DNA from: Eledone cirrhosa
Taxonomy: Eukaryota
Length of the DNA stretch: 64,000 nucleotides
Reading direction: 5' to 3'
NCBI GenBank assembly: GCA_964016885.1
Contig: OZ024741.1
Coordinates: 62,806,001 to 62,870,000, forward strand
The position numbers and the translations under genes are program-made. Below are positions 47,002 to 60,900 of the stretch, piece by piece (within the stretch, counting starts at the first letter, position 1; each line of letters begins with the position of its first letter). The notes beneath the pieces were generated by a model. The model did not search any database. It worked only from the letters and a program-made list of their open reading frames with translations, and had not been told where the DNA came from.

Positions 47002-47688
47002 TAAAGTTAGTCCTTCATCAGTGATCTTCCAACCTTCATTGGTATTACATCGCTTTAAAGACCATATACCTCCGGTTGGTGCGAGCAACGGCTAAAGAAA
47101 GTCGTTGGGACACGTAAATAAGGGGAACGAGCGAGACTGTAAACATATATAATTTTTTTGCCTTACTGAGGTAATAATTTATTGATGTTTTATCTATTAG
47201 AATAATTTCAGTAAGAATCTCTGTATCCTATGTTTTGATTAGGACAGTTCAATATTTAACTAGTCATTTGTTGATTTATGGTTTAGAAATATCACTAGAT
47301 TTCAGAGTAGATACTTGGTTTAAATGTTCACATATGGTGAATAAGTTATCTTCCTTTTGTAAATCTTTTTATACTGTTTGAATAGCTTGCTAAATTATAT
47401 TTGACATGAATTATGTAGTTTAATAATATAAGAATATCTTTAAAAGGAAACTATAATAATAATTACAGAAGTAAATATATATTAACGAAATAAAACTTGA
47501 GAGTAATTATGACTGCAATTTAATCCTGTAATTATATGATAATTAAAGAATAGAAATGATTTTATAAAGAGAATATCCTATTTAAATAAAATAATTCGGA
47601 TATAAAATGATCTTAATATATTATATATTAGTATATATTTTAATGCAGTTTTAATAATTATTTAAATTTGCCTAAAAGATAAAAATAT

Positions 47689-47773
<85 letters not shown>

Positions 47774-48226
47774 TATGTAGATAAATCTCCCAAAATGTAC
47801 GGCAGTGTCCAATCCGTATGAAGAACTCAATGTAATCCAAATATCATGAAAAGAGATGTATTCAAAATTTTTTTTCGATGAAAACAGAGTCAAGATAAAT
47901 TAATAAAAATAATGAATAAAAACAAAGAAACAGTTCCTTATATTAAAAATTCATCATTTTACGATCGTTTCTAGGATATATATGTGTGTATTGGTATGTA
48001 TATCATATAGATCTATGTAAAATTTTTACAAACTATCAGAGGGAATATACATACCTTCACATATATATGCTGTCTTCATAACCAAAGATTAATATGGTTC
48101 ATTGATTACTCAATTAATAGTTTTACAATAGATTAAAAGCACTCAAAAGAAAAACATTATCATGGAGTTTTTAATATTATTCAAAATATTAACAAATGAA
48201 GATATTCACATAATCAAAATATATGG

Positions 48227-48284
48227 TTTATTATATATATTTCGAAGGTAGTGTTGTTTTTTCAGTACGTCCTCGTCAGATAAA
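48227..48284 (-). ncRNA. Type-I hammerhead in a pLTR fragment (tail related to 9500-9580)
   Basis: TTTAT-CTGACGA-GGACGTA...TACCTTC-GAA-ATATATAT-A-ATAAA. Confidence 0.68.
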
Positions 48285-48294
48285 ATATACGATT

Positions 48295-48364
<70 letters not shown>

Positions 48365-48370
<6 letters not shown>

Positions 48371-48600
48371 ATCCAACCGTCCTGCTCTGGGCCTACACCT
48401 GTGTCTCCTGTCGGTTGCTTTTGCCCGTAAAACCTGTCCAGCGATTTTTTTCTGAAACATGCAAACCACATTCCCATAGTATCGCAGCTGTGGTCTCTCA
48501 ATTCAGACAAGTAGCGGCTCTACCTGGAGTAACTCTCTGATCAATTGGTTGTTTCAGATCACGTGGAGGTAATGATAATCCTGGTAATTCGTAGTTAAAT
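48365..48600 (-). pseudogene. RTE-like LINE 3' end relic
   Basis: QLRYYGNVVCM...VL...RRHRCRPRAGRLDNI resembles the RTE C-terminal LRWxGHVxRM...GxRxxGRPRxRWxD signature. Confidence 0.6.
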
Positions 48601-49809
48601 CTGGATACGTGGGAAAATGAATTCATATCATGGTAAACTCTCCACTATTTGAAAACTGTAAGCTAATATTTTATTGTATTTTTTTGGTCAGTTTTGAACT
48701 AATAACTTTTCAGCATAAATTTATAATCTCTTTCTCTACTTTCTCTTCATACGATAAATTTCAATTCTTTGAAATATTTTGACATAGGTTATTCAATATA
48801 TTAAGTTAGAATCGTTAGAGCGTCGGATTGAATGCTTTGCGTTATTTGTACTAGATCACTGTTCTCTGAGTACAAATCACGAAGTGGTCAACTTTGCCTT
48901 TCATAGTTTCAAGACCTGTGAAAAATACAACCAGTCCAGTACTAGGGTTGATTCTTCCACCATATCTCTTTCTCACTAATCTATATCACTCTCTTTCTCT
49001 TTCTCTCTTTTTGTATCCATTTCTGTAAGTTTCAAACCTGAAGAGTGGAGGGGCTCTGCCAGGTTTAAAAAAGACGAAGACACTTCGTATGTAACTACAG
49101 TGCCCCTACGATGCCTTCAGGATTTACAAGTTCACACATAATCAGTACATCACCAGTTTGACCAACTATTATTTAACATAACCACGAGTCACTAAAAGAT
49201 GTGCGAATAAATTTGCGTAGCTGGAAACAATTTGGAAGTCCACCGAATGGACTGAACCCATAATAAAAAAGGCCAATCATATCACACACCATGACGCTGA
49301 ATTTCATAGAGAAATACGTTAACAGTATATATGTATGTGGAATATTATCAGCAGGCAGGTCTGTAGATTGATCAATACATTAATCATCGTAGCAACCAAC
49401 GGAGGTTCATTTCAGCTCGGTAATATAATATAGTTTATTATTGATTCCTAGATATATTTATTTCAATTCGGCTATATCAAAAAAAGAAAGAAGCGTCGTT
49501 AAGAAAATGATTGTTATTCCTCGAAATCTTGTTTCTAAATCATTTTAATATAAATTTAAGATAATCAGTTATGCTGCAAAATGAAATAAAACAATAAAAG
49601 ATAAACTGAGTTGAGGCTTGACTGCATTCATGTAGCATACTTGTAAAAGAGATAACGACTTACACAGACACTCACACAAACCACCCGGCATATATATATA
49701 TATACAACAACTTCATTCGAAAAGAATTACATAAAAAATATAGAAAAACGAATGAGATAACGACTTACACAGACACTCACACAAACCACCCGGCATATAT
49801 ATATATATA

Positions 49810-51729
49810 CAACAACTTCATTCGAAAAGAATTACATAAAAAATATAGAAAAACGAATGAAGTAACTCTTAAGCACATCAATGATGAGGCATGCGAAATA
49901 GTGAAAAATCTCGGAATCGAAGATAGACAGGACCACTCTTACCGGCGGTACCCACCTTCAATCTTAAGGACCATAAGGTAAACTTTGATAATGACCCTAA
50001 AATTAGATTAATCTGCCCCTCTAAATCAGATATAGGTAAAATAAGCAAATATATCTTAGATAGAATCATCCCCCAAATTAGGGCTAAGGTTAACATTAAA
50101 CTCTGGGGGAAGACCCAAGAAGCAATAAAATGGTTTAATAGCATTAGCAATAAGAATAAATCTAAGTTTATCCAGTTTGATATCGATGAATATTACTCAT
50201 CGATATCACCTGAAACTTTGAATAGAGCCATTAAGTTTGCTAAGGATAACTCTGACCTTACAAACGATGAAATTAAGATTATACTAGAAGCTAGGAAAAC
50301 TATAGTCAAATTTGAGAACAGTTATTGGGTACGTAAAGATAGACCCTCTAACTTTGACATAACAATGGGCTCTAACGATTCGGCGGAAATAACTGATATT
50401 GTGGGGTTATTTATCGCCTTTAGACTCCAGGAAAAATTCAGCAATCTCCACGGCGGAATATACCGCGACGATGTTCTCCTCCTAGTTAAAAACCTAAATA
50501 ACCAAAAACTAGAAAAACTACGCAAAGATATAAGGAAACTACTACTCGAAATAGGACTAACTATAACATATGAATACAACCTTAAAGTAGTTAACTTCCT
50601 GGATGTCACACTCAATTTAAACTCTGGATTGATTAAACCGTTTCATAAATTGAATGAAAATCTCAAATACGTAAATGTTGGATCTAACCACCCCATCTTT
50701 ATAATTAAATCTATCCCTAAAAATATTTCCTTTAGAATCTCGGGTCTATCTTCTAACATACAAGTATTTAAGGAACACGCCGAGTACTACGATAACGCCC
50801 TTAGTAAAGCAGACTACCTCAACAAAATAGAGTATATAGATGGGAACAATCAAAACACCCAAAATAAATCCCACATAGGTAGATATAATAATACAACACC
50901 AAACCACACTTACTACCGTAGTATGCACACCAGTAAACCAACAAACAAAACTAATAGAAAGCGATGCAAAGAGTACTTATGGTATAACCCCGAATACAAT
51001 AGTTCCATTAGTACAAATTTACCAGTACTCTTCTTTAAAATAATTAAGAGACATTTTCCTACATCACACAAATACCACAAAATCCTAAACCCTACCACTA
51101 TAAGACTGTCATACTCTACAGCGTTAAACCTTGAACAACACATAAAAAAGATCAATACTAGAAGGTTAAACGAAAACACTAAGAACTTAAGTACAAAGAA
51201 CACAAAAAAAACAGTAGACAATACACTACAGAACATAAATAAACCACACCTAAGTTCGTCCGCAATACTACTCCAGAGAAAACCCAACGTACACAACTGT
51301 AACTGCACCGATCCTGACAACTGCCCCCTCGGCAATAACTGCCTGGAAAAAAATATTATTTATAAGTGTACCATTAAATCCGGAGGCAACGAGTGGTATT
51401 ACGTGGGATCAACGGCAACATCGTTCAAATCTCGATTATATAGGCATTCTTACTCAATAAAACACCAGAGCCAAAGAAATGTAACAACTTTAGCAGAAAA
51501 AGCTTGGACGCTCAGGGATAGCGATCAAAAGTTTACTCTAAAATGGGAGAAATTAGCTAAAACCCAAAGCTTTTCCAGGAGCCGAAATTTCTGCAAATTA
51601 TGTAATCTTGAGATTTATTACATAATCACACACAAGAAGAAATTGCCGAATAACAGAATTGAACGAACATTATTCTGCCGTCACAGAACTAAAACCCTTT
51701 TTTCCCACTACAAGCCGAATATTACATAA
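49810..51729 (+). pseudogene. 5'-truncated PLE RT/GIY-YIG ORF (Naiad-like), open from about 49930 to the stop
   Basis: LKDHK, RLICPSKSDIG, QFDIDEYYSSI, MGSNDSAEITDIVG, IYRDD, CNC..CPL..C, IIY..YVG, CKLC..E, CRH. The 5' junction is duplicated (2 x about 105 bp, 49649-49860). Confidence 0.9.
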
Positions 51730-52029
51730 AAGAGGGACATCCCCCCAACTATATAAACCTCATTCTAGTTAGAAAAATATAAAAACAATCTCTTCTCAAC
51801 ATATATTAATAACCTTAAATTACCACAGTAATAATGGAAAGATATGCTGATGAAAATAGGTGCAAATATGCGATAATGAATGTGTCTAAAAACGTCCATA
51901 AGTATGTATATATATGTGAAAATGTATATAAATAAGTAAATATATATATATGTTTGATGTGTATAGTAGGATGTAAGTGTATTCATGTATTAAAGTGCTT
52001 ATATATATATATATATATAAATATATATA

Positions 52030-52851
52030 CAGTATTTTCCGTTGTGTTGTAATATAAATATTACACACAGTAGATTATCAGCTCACGTAGAGTTTGCTCG
52101 ACGGTTCCAGTTGTAGTTCCAAAAGTAATCCGGAGAAAAATAGAAAGATTTGAATGGATCCAGTTTAGTTGAAAGGAATTTATTGACACGTGTTTCTATA
52201 ACAGTTACATAACCTAAAACAGCTGCTATCTACAAACTTTTAGTTATGCAGACATTCAATATTTCAATGTTATTATTTACTGTCATTTCATCAGAATAAT
52301 ATTACTGAGGACCTATTTAGTTTTTATAGAGAATATTAGGAGGGAGGGGTGAAGTTGTTAGAAGAATAGTTGAAGGAGTGGTTTTTCGATAGCAGTGAGA
52401 ATTCTTGGTGGCAGTGAGTAATTAGATTCCCATCTGTTGTTTTGACATTTTTTATAGAATATATTATTGGTTATTTTTCTAAATCTTTAGAAGGATTAGA
52501 GATAGTAAAGATATGCGTGGTTGGTTTTGTGTTTGCACTTAATTAACATTCAGACTTAAATTTTTCTTTCAAGTGTACGTATCCTTTCACCCACGCATTC
52601 ACACACAAATATATTTGCACACCTCTACAAAATACATATACTCACAATTCACATATTCATACTTACATATATATACACATGCATACACATATATATACAC
52701 ACATGTATTCATGTACATACATACGCGCTTATGTGTATACATTTTCATACTCAACTTATCTTTATATACACACGTATAGACACACACATATATACATACA
52801 TACTCTAGTCCATGTGTACACACATACACATACATACACATCTATATACAC

Positions 52852-52924
<73 letters not shown>

Positions 52925-53470
52925 CACTTTAATACATGAATACACTTACATCCTACTATACACATCAAACATATATATATATTTACTTATTTATATACAT
53001 TTTCACATATATATACATACTTATGGACGTTTTTAGACACATTCATTATCGCATATTTGCACCTATTCTCATCAGCATATCTTTCCATTATTAGTGTGGT
53101 AATTTAAGGTTATTAATATATGTTGAGAAGAGATTGTTTTTATATTTTTCTAACTAGATTAAGGTTTATATAGTTGGGGGATGTCCCTCTTTTATGTAAT
53201 ATTCAGCTTGTAGTGGGAAAAAAGGGTTTTAGTTCTGTGACGAAAAAACCACTCCTTCAGCACCCTCCCTCCTAATATTCTCTATAAAAACTAAATATTG
53301 TCCTCAGTAATATTATTCTGATGAAATGACAGTAAATAATAACATTGAAATATTGAATGTCTGCATAACTAAAAGTTTGTAGATAGCAGCTGTTTTAGGT
53401 TATGTAACTGTTATAGAAACACGTGTCAATAAATTCCTTTCAACTAAACTGTATCCATTCAAATCTTTCT
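52030..53470. mobile_element. Sister PLE 3' fragment (inverted, 52140-53240, plus a forward pLTR 53245-53470) nested in the 3' UTR of the 49.8 kb PLE
   Basis: 52920-53240 is the reverse complement of 51680-52000; 52140-52860 mirrors 53490-54220. Confidence 0.78.
53313..53432 (+). ncRNA. Type-I hammerhead with a helix II domain of about 91 nt, GUC site; copies at 54059-54179(+) and 52180-52299(-)
   Basis: TTATT-CTGATGA-AATGACAGT...ACTGTTATA-GAA-ACACGTGT-C-AATAA. Confidence 0.8.
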
Positions 53471-54236
53471 ATATATATATATATATATGTGTGTGTATAA
53501 AAATATGTGTGTATAGATGTGTATGTATATGTATATGTGTACACATAGACTATAGTATGTATGTATATATGTGTGTGTCTATGCGTGTGTATGTAAAGAT
53601 AAGTTGAGTATGAAAATGTATACACATGAGCGCGTATGTATGTACATGAATACATGTGTGTATATATATATGTGTATGCATGTGTATATGTATGTAAGTA
53701 TGAATATGTGAATGTGAGTATATGTATTTTGTAGAGGTGTGCAAATATATTTGTGTGTGAATGCGTGGGTGAAAGGATACGTACACTTGAAAGAAAAATT
53801 TAAGTCTGAATGTTAATTAAGTGCAAACACAAAACCAACCACGCATATCTTTACTATCTCTAATCCTTCTATAAATTTAGAAAAATAACCAATAATATAT
53901 TCTATAAAAATGTCAAAACAACAGATGGGAATCTAATTACTCACAGCTACCAACAATTCTCACTGCTATCAACAAACCACTCCCTCAACTATTCTTCTAA
54001 CAACTTTACCCCTCCCTCCTAATATTCTCTATAAAAACTAAATAGGTCCTCAGTAATATTATTCTGATGAAATGACAGTAAATAATAACATTGAAATATT
54101 GAATGTCTGCATAACTAAAACTTTGTAGATAGCAGCTGTTTTCAGGTTATGTAACTGTTATAGAAACACGTGTCAATAAATTCCTTTCAACTAAACTGTA
54201 TCCATTCAAATCTTTCTCTCTCTCTATATATATATA

Positions 54237-55763
54237 ATTAAGTTAAAAATGTACATCCACATATGTATACTGAAATACTAGTATGCATATGAATACACAC
54301 ACGTATACATATGTAGATGTACCAAGTTTTTCACTGGTCACTTTACTGTGAGTGTCCAGCTATTCTGTATGTAAACACACAGACAAATCGGTTTTTAGAG
54401 TCATACTGGTTTTTGAGGAAACACCTTTCCTCTATTGTCCAGAAAGCCAGACAAGGAATATTGAACTAGTTTCGTTGTTGTTACAACTCATCAGCAATAT
54501 TTACCTATCTTCCGGTCTCTCTGGAGAATCGTAAAAGCACATATCGTTATATGCTGTTTCTATGAAAATTAGTAGTGGGCAGACTAATTTGCATAGAGCG
54601 TGAGTACGTACCGGTTCAATGGAGACGATAAAAACAAATAACGAAGCGAAATTAAATTTCGTTTCGTTTGTAACTCACTTTTGTATGACTGACGCTTAAA
54701 CAATTAAGTTAAAAATGTACATCCACATATGTATACTGAAATACTAGTATGCATATGAATACACACACGTATACATATGCAGATGTACCAAGTTTTTCAC
54801 TGGTCACTTTACGTTTCGTTTCGTTATTTGTTTTTATCGTCTCCGTTGAACCGGTACGTACTCACGCTCTATGCAAATTAGTCTGTCCACTACTAATTTT
54901 CATAGAAAAAGCATATAACGATATGTGCTTTTACGATTCTCCAGAGAGACCGGAAGATAGGTAAATATTGCTGATGAGTTGTAACAACAACGAAACTAAG
55001 TTCAATATTCCTTGTCTGGCTTTCTGGAGAATAGAGGAAAGGTGTTTCCTCAAAAACCAGTATGACTCTAAAAACCGGTTTGTCTGTGTGTTTACATACA
55101 GAATAGCTGGACACTCACAGTAAAGTGACCAGTGAAAAACTTGTTACATCTACATATGTATACGTGTGTGTATTCATATGCATACTAGTATTTCAGTATA
55201 CATATGTGGATGTACATTTTTAACTTAATTGTTTAAGCGTCAGTCATACAAAAGTGAGTTACAAACGAAACGAAATTTAATTTCGTTTCGTTATTTGTTT
55301 TTATCGTCTCCGTTGAACCGGTACGTACTCACGCTCTATGCAAATTAGTCTGCCCACTACTAATTTTCATAGAAAAAGCATATAATGATATGTGCTTTGA
55401 CGATTCTCCAGAGAGGCCGGAAGATAGGTAAATATTGCTGATGAGTTGTAACAACAACGAAACTAGTTCAATATTCCTTGTCTGGCTTTCTGGAGAATAG
55501 AGGAAAGGTGTTTCCTCAAAAACCAGTATGACTCTAATAACCGGTTTGTCTGTGTGTTTACATACAGAATAGCTGGACACTCACAGTAAAGTGACCAGTG
55601 AAAAACTTGGTACATCTACATATGTATACGTGTGTGTATTCATATGCATACTAGTATTTCAGTATACATATGTGGATGTACATTTTTAACTTAATTGTTT
55701 AAGCGTCAGTCATACAAAAGTGAGTTACAAACGAAACGAAATTTAATTTCGTTTCGTTATTTG

Positions 55764-55770
<7 letters not shown>
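54237..55770. repeat. Non-coding HHR repeat of about 467 bp: about 1.2 units on minus (54237-54811), then about 2 units on plus
   Basis: AATATTG-CTGATGA-GTTGT(AACA)ACAAC-GAA-ACTAGT-T-CAATATT at 54457-54501(-), 54964-55009(+, 1-nt insertion) and 55431-55475(+); flanked by (TA)n. Confidence 0.88.
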
Positions 55771-55794
<24 letters not shown>

Positions 55795-56094
55795 CATAAA
55801 TCATGTCCTTAGAATCACTAGATAAAATATATACAAATTCCTCTTCCAATTAGCATAATTAACCATATAAAAGACCAAGCTATAAGAAGAAAGGCTCTTA
55901 TGAAGAAATCTCCGACAAATAACCGATAGTGGCCTCTTCGCGGTGGCCCCAATAGAGTATTTATCCAACATTTCGACAGCATGTAGAAACTGACTAAATA
56001 TATCATCAACCATACACAATTAGGTGTAAAATTAAACTTAGAAGAAATGTGTACATACCGTAATTATATATATATGTATATGTATATATATATA

Positions 56095-57027
56095 TGAATA
56101 AATTTAGTCCTTCATCAGTGATCTTCCAGCCTTCATTGGTATTTCATCGCTTTAAAGACCATATACCTCCGGTTGGTAAGAGCAACGGCTAAAGAAAGTT
56201 GTTGGGACACGTAAATAGGGGGAACGAGCGAGACAGTAAACAAAGATGGTAATGCAACGAAAAATGAGGAAGAAGGAGTCAAGTCTCTGAAATCGATGAA
56301 CATAAGTTCTGTGAAATCGTAGACGAGAGAGAATAAAGACCATCAAACCTGGTCGAAATGTGAGTAAGGAAAGAATTTCGCACAGGTGAAACGGGGGGAA
56401 GAAAGAGTCAAGTCCCTGAAATCGATGAACATAAGTTCTGTGAAATCGTAGACGAGATAGAATAAAGACCATCCGACCTGGTCGAAATGTGAGTGAGGAA
56501 AGAATCTCGCACAGGTCAAACGGGAGGAAGTAGGAGAGGGAGTAGCAGAGAGTGAGTGAGTTAAAGTGTGAGGAAGAGGCTAACAGAGAGAGTGAGGGGG
56601 TAAAAGGAAGTGAGAGATACAGAGAAACGGGGAAGCAGTAAGAAAGAAACAGACGGGTCACAGCGGAGGAAAATATATATGAAAATATGAAAACATAGCG
56701 AAATTCTTTCCTTACTCACATTTCGACCAGGTTTGATGGTCTTTATTCTCTCTCGTCCACGATTTCACAGAAATTATGTTCATCGATTTCAGGAACTTGA
56801 CTCCTTCTTCCTCACTTTTCGTTGCATTACCATCTTTGTTTGTTTACTGTCTCGCTATTCCCCATATTTGCGTGTCCCAACGACTTTCTTTAGCCGTTGC
56901 TTGCACCAACCGAAAGTATATGGTCTTTAAAGCGATGAAATACCAATGAAGGCTGGAAGATCACTGATGAAGGACTAAATTTATTCATATATAACACATT
57001 TACAACCACGCAGCACGCTATGTTTTC

Positions 57028-57030
<3 letters not shown>
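56095..57030. mobile_element. Family C element with inverted arms and an internal tandem duplication of about 130 bp
   Basis: 56095-56380 mirrors 56698-56990; 56275-56395 is repeated at 56405-56525. Confidence 0.78.
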
Positions 57031-57104
<74 letters not shown>

Positions 57105-57282
57105 CGAAGGAAATGTGGTAGGGAAACAGGTGTTCCATAACGGACCACAGTACTCAATACTTAGGGTGGTAGAGTGCGTAATAGCAAAATGTTCAAGACG
57201 CCGACGACAGAGCTGACCATTTTCCTATATACATATATATATAATAAAGAAGAAATTAAAAGATGGTTAAAAGAGTTCCATA

Positions 57283-57352
57283 TATTTTATTATGCGCATT
57301 TCGAATACAAAATGATCCTGGGACAAAAATTGCGTTCTCATCAGATAAAATA
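57283..57352 (-). ncRNA. Type-I hammerhead with an 8-bp helix I
   Basis: TATTTTAT-CTGATGA-GAACGCAA...TTGTATTC-GAA-ATGCGCAT-A-ATAAAATA. Confidence 0.85.
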
Positions 57353-57462
57353 AGGTAAAATGATATGAGGCATAATAGCATTTGTTTACAGAAAAGTGCT
57401 AAGTCTACAAATGTTGAGTGCTATATATGCATAGTATTATTGTTCTACAATATTACTCACCT

Positions 57463-57609
<147 letters not shown>

Positions 57610-57831
57610 GTATACATATATATATATGTATATAATAGGAAAATAGACACGACCCCGACGGCTGAGCTCCGGCTGTTTCGACAGCTAGATCCATACCGGA
57701 GTTAAACCGTCGGGGTCCTGACTCTTTCCTACTACCTACTCTACTACTCTAAGTATTGAGTACTCGGTGCGTTAGGGTCCACCTGGTTCCTTACCACACT
57801 TTCTTTGTTATATATATATGTACATATGTAA

Positions 57832-58150
<319 letters not shown>

Positions 58151-58371
58151 TATATATATATATATATATATATAGGAACCAGTAAGACCCCGACAGCTGA
58201 GCTCAAGCCGTTTCGACGGCTAATTCTGGACTCAGTCCAGAATTAGCCGTCGAAACGGCTTGAGCTCAGCTGTCGGGGTCTTACTGGTTCCTATTACCCA
58301 CTCTACTACCTCAAGTATTGAGTACTTTGGTGCGTTATGGTCCACCTGGTTCCTTTCCACATTTCCTTCGT

Positions 58372-58402
<31 letters not shown>

Positions 58403-58679
58403 ATAATCATTTGAAAGACTAAAATCCAAAGAGGGCTCGATAAGGATAAATATATATCAGATATATAAAAACTGTAGACCAAATATTTATTAAAATAACA
58501 GATACAAGTTTAAGCAAAGAATCGCTGCTTTCACCCTTAACGGGATCTTCTGAAACTAAAAAAGTCAATCTGTCAACGCAGAAGTAAATATTTCAAAAAA
58601 CGTTGCAACCGAAGGAAGACAGGAAGACGATACTTTGGTTCGTGGAAACGTTCCCTGGCAAAGAACGAAAAAAAAAACG

Positions 58680-60050
58680 AAGATAATACGTCATTTTTTG
58701 GTGCGGTGAAAACAATTACACGCAAAGACAATACCACGTTTATGGTATAAATGAAGTCGTTAACTAATATTCTATTAGGTGGTTCATGGAGACGTTCGTA
58801 GGGTTAACTGCCAATAGATTCAAGCAGCGTCTTTACATACATACACATTCTTTTCTTAACCCTTTAAGAAGGAATATGACGTCACTTTCAGCTTATATCT
58901 GGAGTCTAAAAGACAACCACACCCAATATAAATTACACTGGGAGATCCCAGCTAAGGCTAGATCGTATAACGGAAATCAAAGACCATGTGACGTCTGCGC
59001 CGCTGAGGCTCTGGAAATACTCTTCGCCAAAGACCACATCTTAAACAAAAAATCTGAGGCAATTCGGCTTGTAAACATAAATTGCACAAAACTTTCCTGT
59101 ATTACAGCCCCACATTATACCCTAACGGATAGTACGAACTATACGCGGATATTTTACGTCTTGATGTGGTAGCTAAGTATATGATATGTTTATACCATTA
59201 CTTATTTGTATAGGTAAGTATATATTACCTGTATGTTTAGTGAAGGTACGTATACTTTCTCGTACGTATATTTGCTTTTATATGTTATGGCGTATATATT
59301 ATATATACTGGTACATGTGCATTTGGTTATGTGTATACGTGAGATTTGCGTCTGTGTGAGTGTGCGGGTTCGTACGTATGTAGGGTGTCTGTATATGGGT
59401 ACTTTGTGTTTTGGTTGACGGACGTCCGCGAACATATGTGTATGTACATATAGGTATGTGTGTGCGCGCGCTATATACGTATTTATGTGTGTATATTTAT
59501 ATACGCTTATTTAATTATGTATACACGCATACACACACATACATATATATATATTTTTTAATATATTTTTATGTGTATTTGGTGTATACGTTCGTAAGCG
59601 TGCGCGTAAAGGCGTTGCGTGGGTTCTGTATGTGCGTGCGTGTTTTTTTGTGTACGTGCTTGTATTTGCATAACCATGGCGAGTGTTTTCGCGTATGCTT
59701 GTGTATGTACGTATATGGATGCGTGTATGTATATATTTAATTTCAATTACCTCTGTATTTTATTTACTTTATTCTTAACTCTGAAGCCGAGAATCATTCG
59801 GTTTCCTAGTTAGAATGTTGTCTACGACTTCAGTTATACCATAAACGTGGATTTGTTTTTTGCGTGTAATTGTTCTCAGCGATCTACATAATGACGTATT
59901 ATATTCGTTTTTATAGTTGATTGCCAGAGAACGTCTCCATGAACCACCTAATAGAATATTAGTCTACGACTTCATTTATACCATAAACGTGGTTTTGTCT
60001 TTGCGTGTAATTGTTTTCACCGCTCCAAATAATGACGTATTATTTTCGTC
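58680..60050 (+). mobile_element. PLE GIY-YIG 3' fragment (58790-59100) with inverted terminal segments (58680-58797 and 59930-60048)
   Basis: FVGLTANRFKQRLYIH..SF..TSLSAYIWSLKD..CDVC..E..LNKKSE. Confidence 0.78.
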
Positions 60051-60051
60051 G

Positions 60052-60900
60052 AGAAGATGCCGCTGTGCATTGCAGTGATCCAGCCTCTGAAAACGGGACC
60101 GAAGCCAGCAGCCATGAAGACGGCCTCCAGATATCGATGGTCAACCCTACCGAAACGTTTCAATTGATCAGAGCCCCACCGATGCCAGGTTTACACCCTG
60201 CCCACTCTATGATATATGTATCGAATGAGGTGGTAGTTGTTGTGTATGGACCTAGTCGGGATTGCGCAAGTTTGCGCTTCCCCTACCACATCATTGACAA
60301 GCACCCACCTCTTCGCTAACAGTTTAGCCAAAATCTTAAACTTTAGGAGTGTTATGGGCCTGAAATTGTCTAATATATCCCTTTAGTTCTCGTCTTTACT
60401 TATCAGCGTCACTACGACCCGGCTCACAGAAATGGGAATACTGCAGTTCTGCTGCCAGTTGCAGTAGAGCGCTTCGAGGAGATCGGTGAGCAAGTCTGGC
60501 ATATCTACTTAAAGTTCATAGGCTAGACTATCCAAACCGGGTGACTTGCACCTCATTCAGCCCACTAGGACATTCCGAATCTTGGCCGAATTTATCGGGC
60601 TTTAGCAGCCCTCAGCATCGTCTGATGAGTGACGTGGCAAGCCATCGAGGTAGGTACTGAAATCTGCTACCGTCTCTGGCCACCACTCCCCCGAAGAGCT
60701 GAGCAAAACGCTGGCAAAAGGCTTCTCATATCTGCTTGAAATCGTTCAGCTTGCTTTCGTCTCGGTTCATCAAGGCCCGAATTGTAGTTTTGTTACCATT
60801 CTGCAGATCTGCCATGCGGGCCCATCAAGCAGCTTTGGTTTCCTCGTTTATTAGAGCACGCACCTTAGATATGATAATACACCCTTCGTGTTTCGCAAAT
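60052..60900 (-). pseudogene. Degenerate Tx1/L1 ORF2 fragment (linker plus RT domains 0-3)
   Basis: Manual minus-strand translation: AKHEGC..SKVRAL, KSPGLDSL.YE, NFRPITLL.FKILAKLLAKR, GGALIN, RVDHRYLEAV..AAGFGPVFRGWI; many stops. Confidence 0.82.

Noticed and set aside
59775-59815. CTGAAG-CCGAGAATCATTCGG hairpin as an HHR
   Set aside because: No GAAA after the hairpin and an incomplete core.
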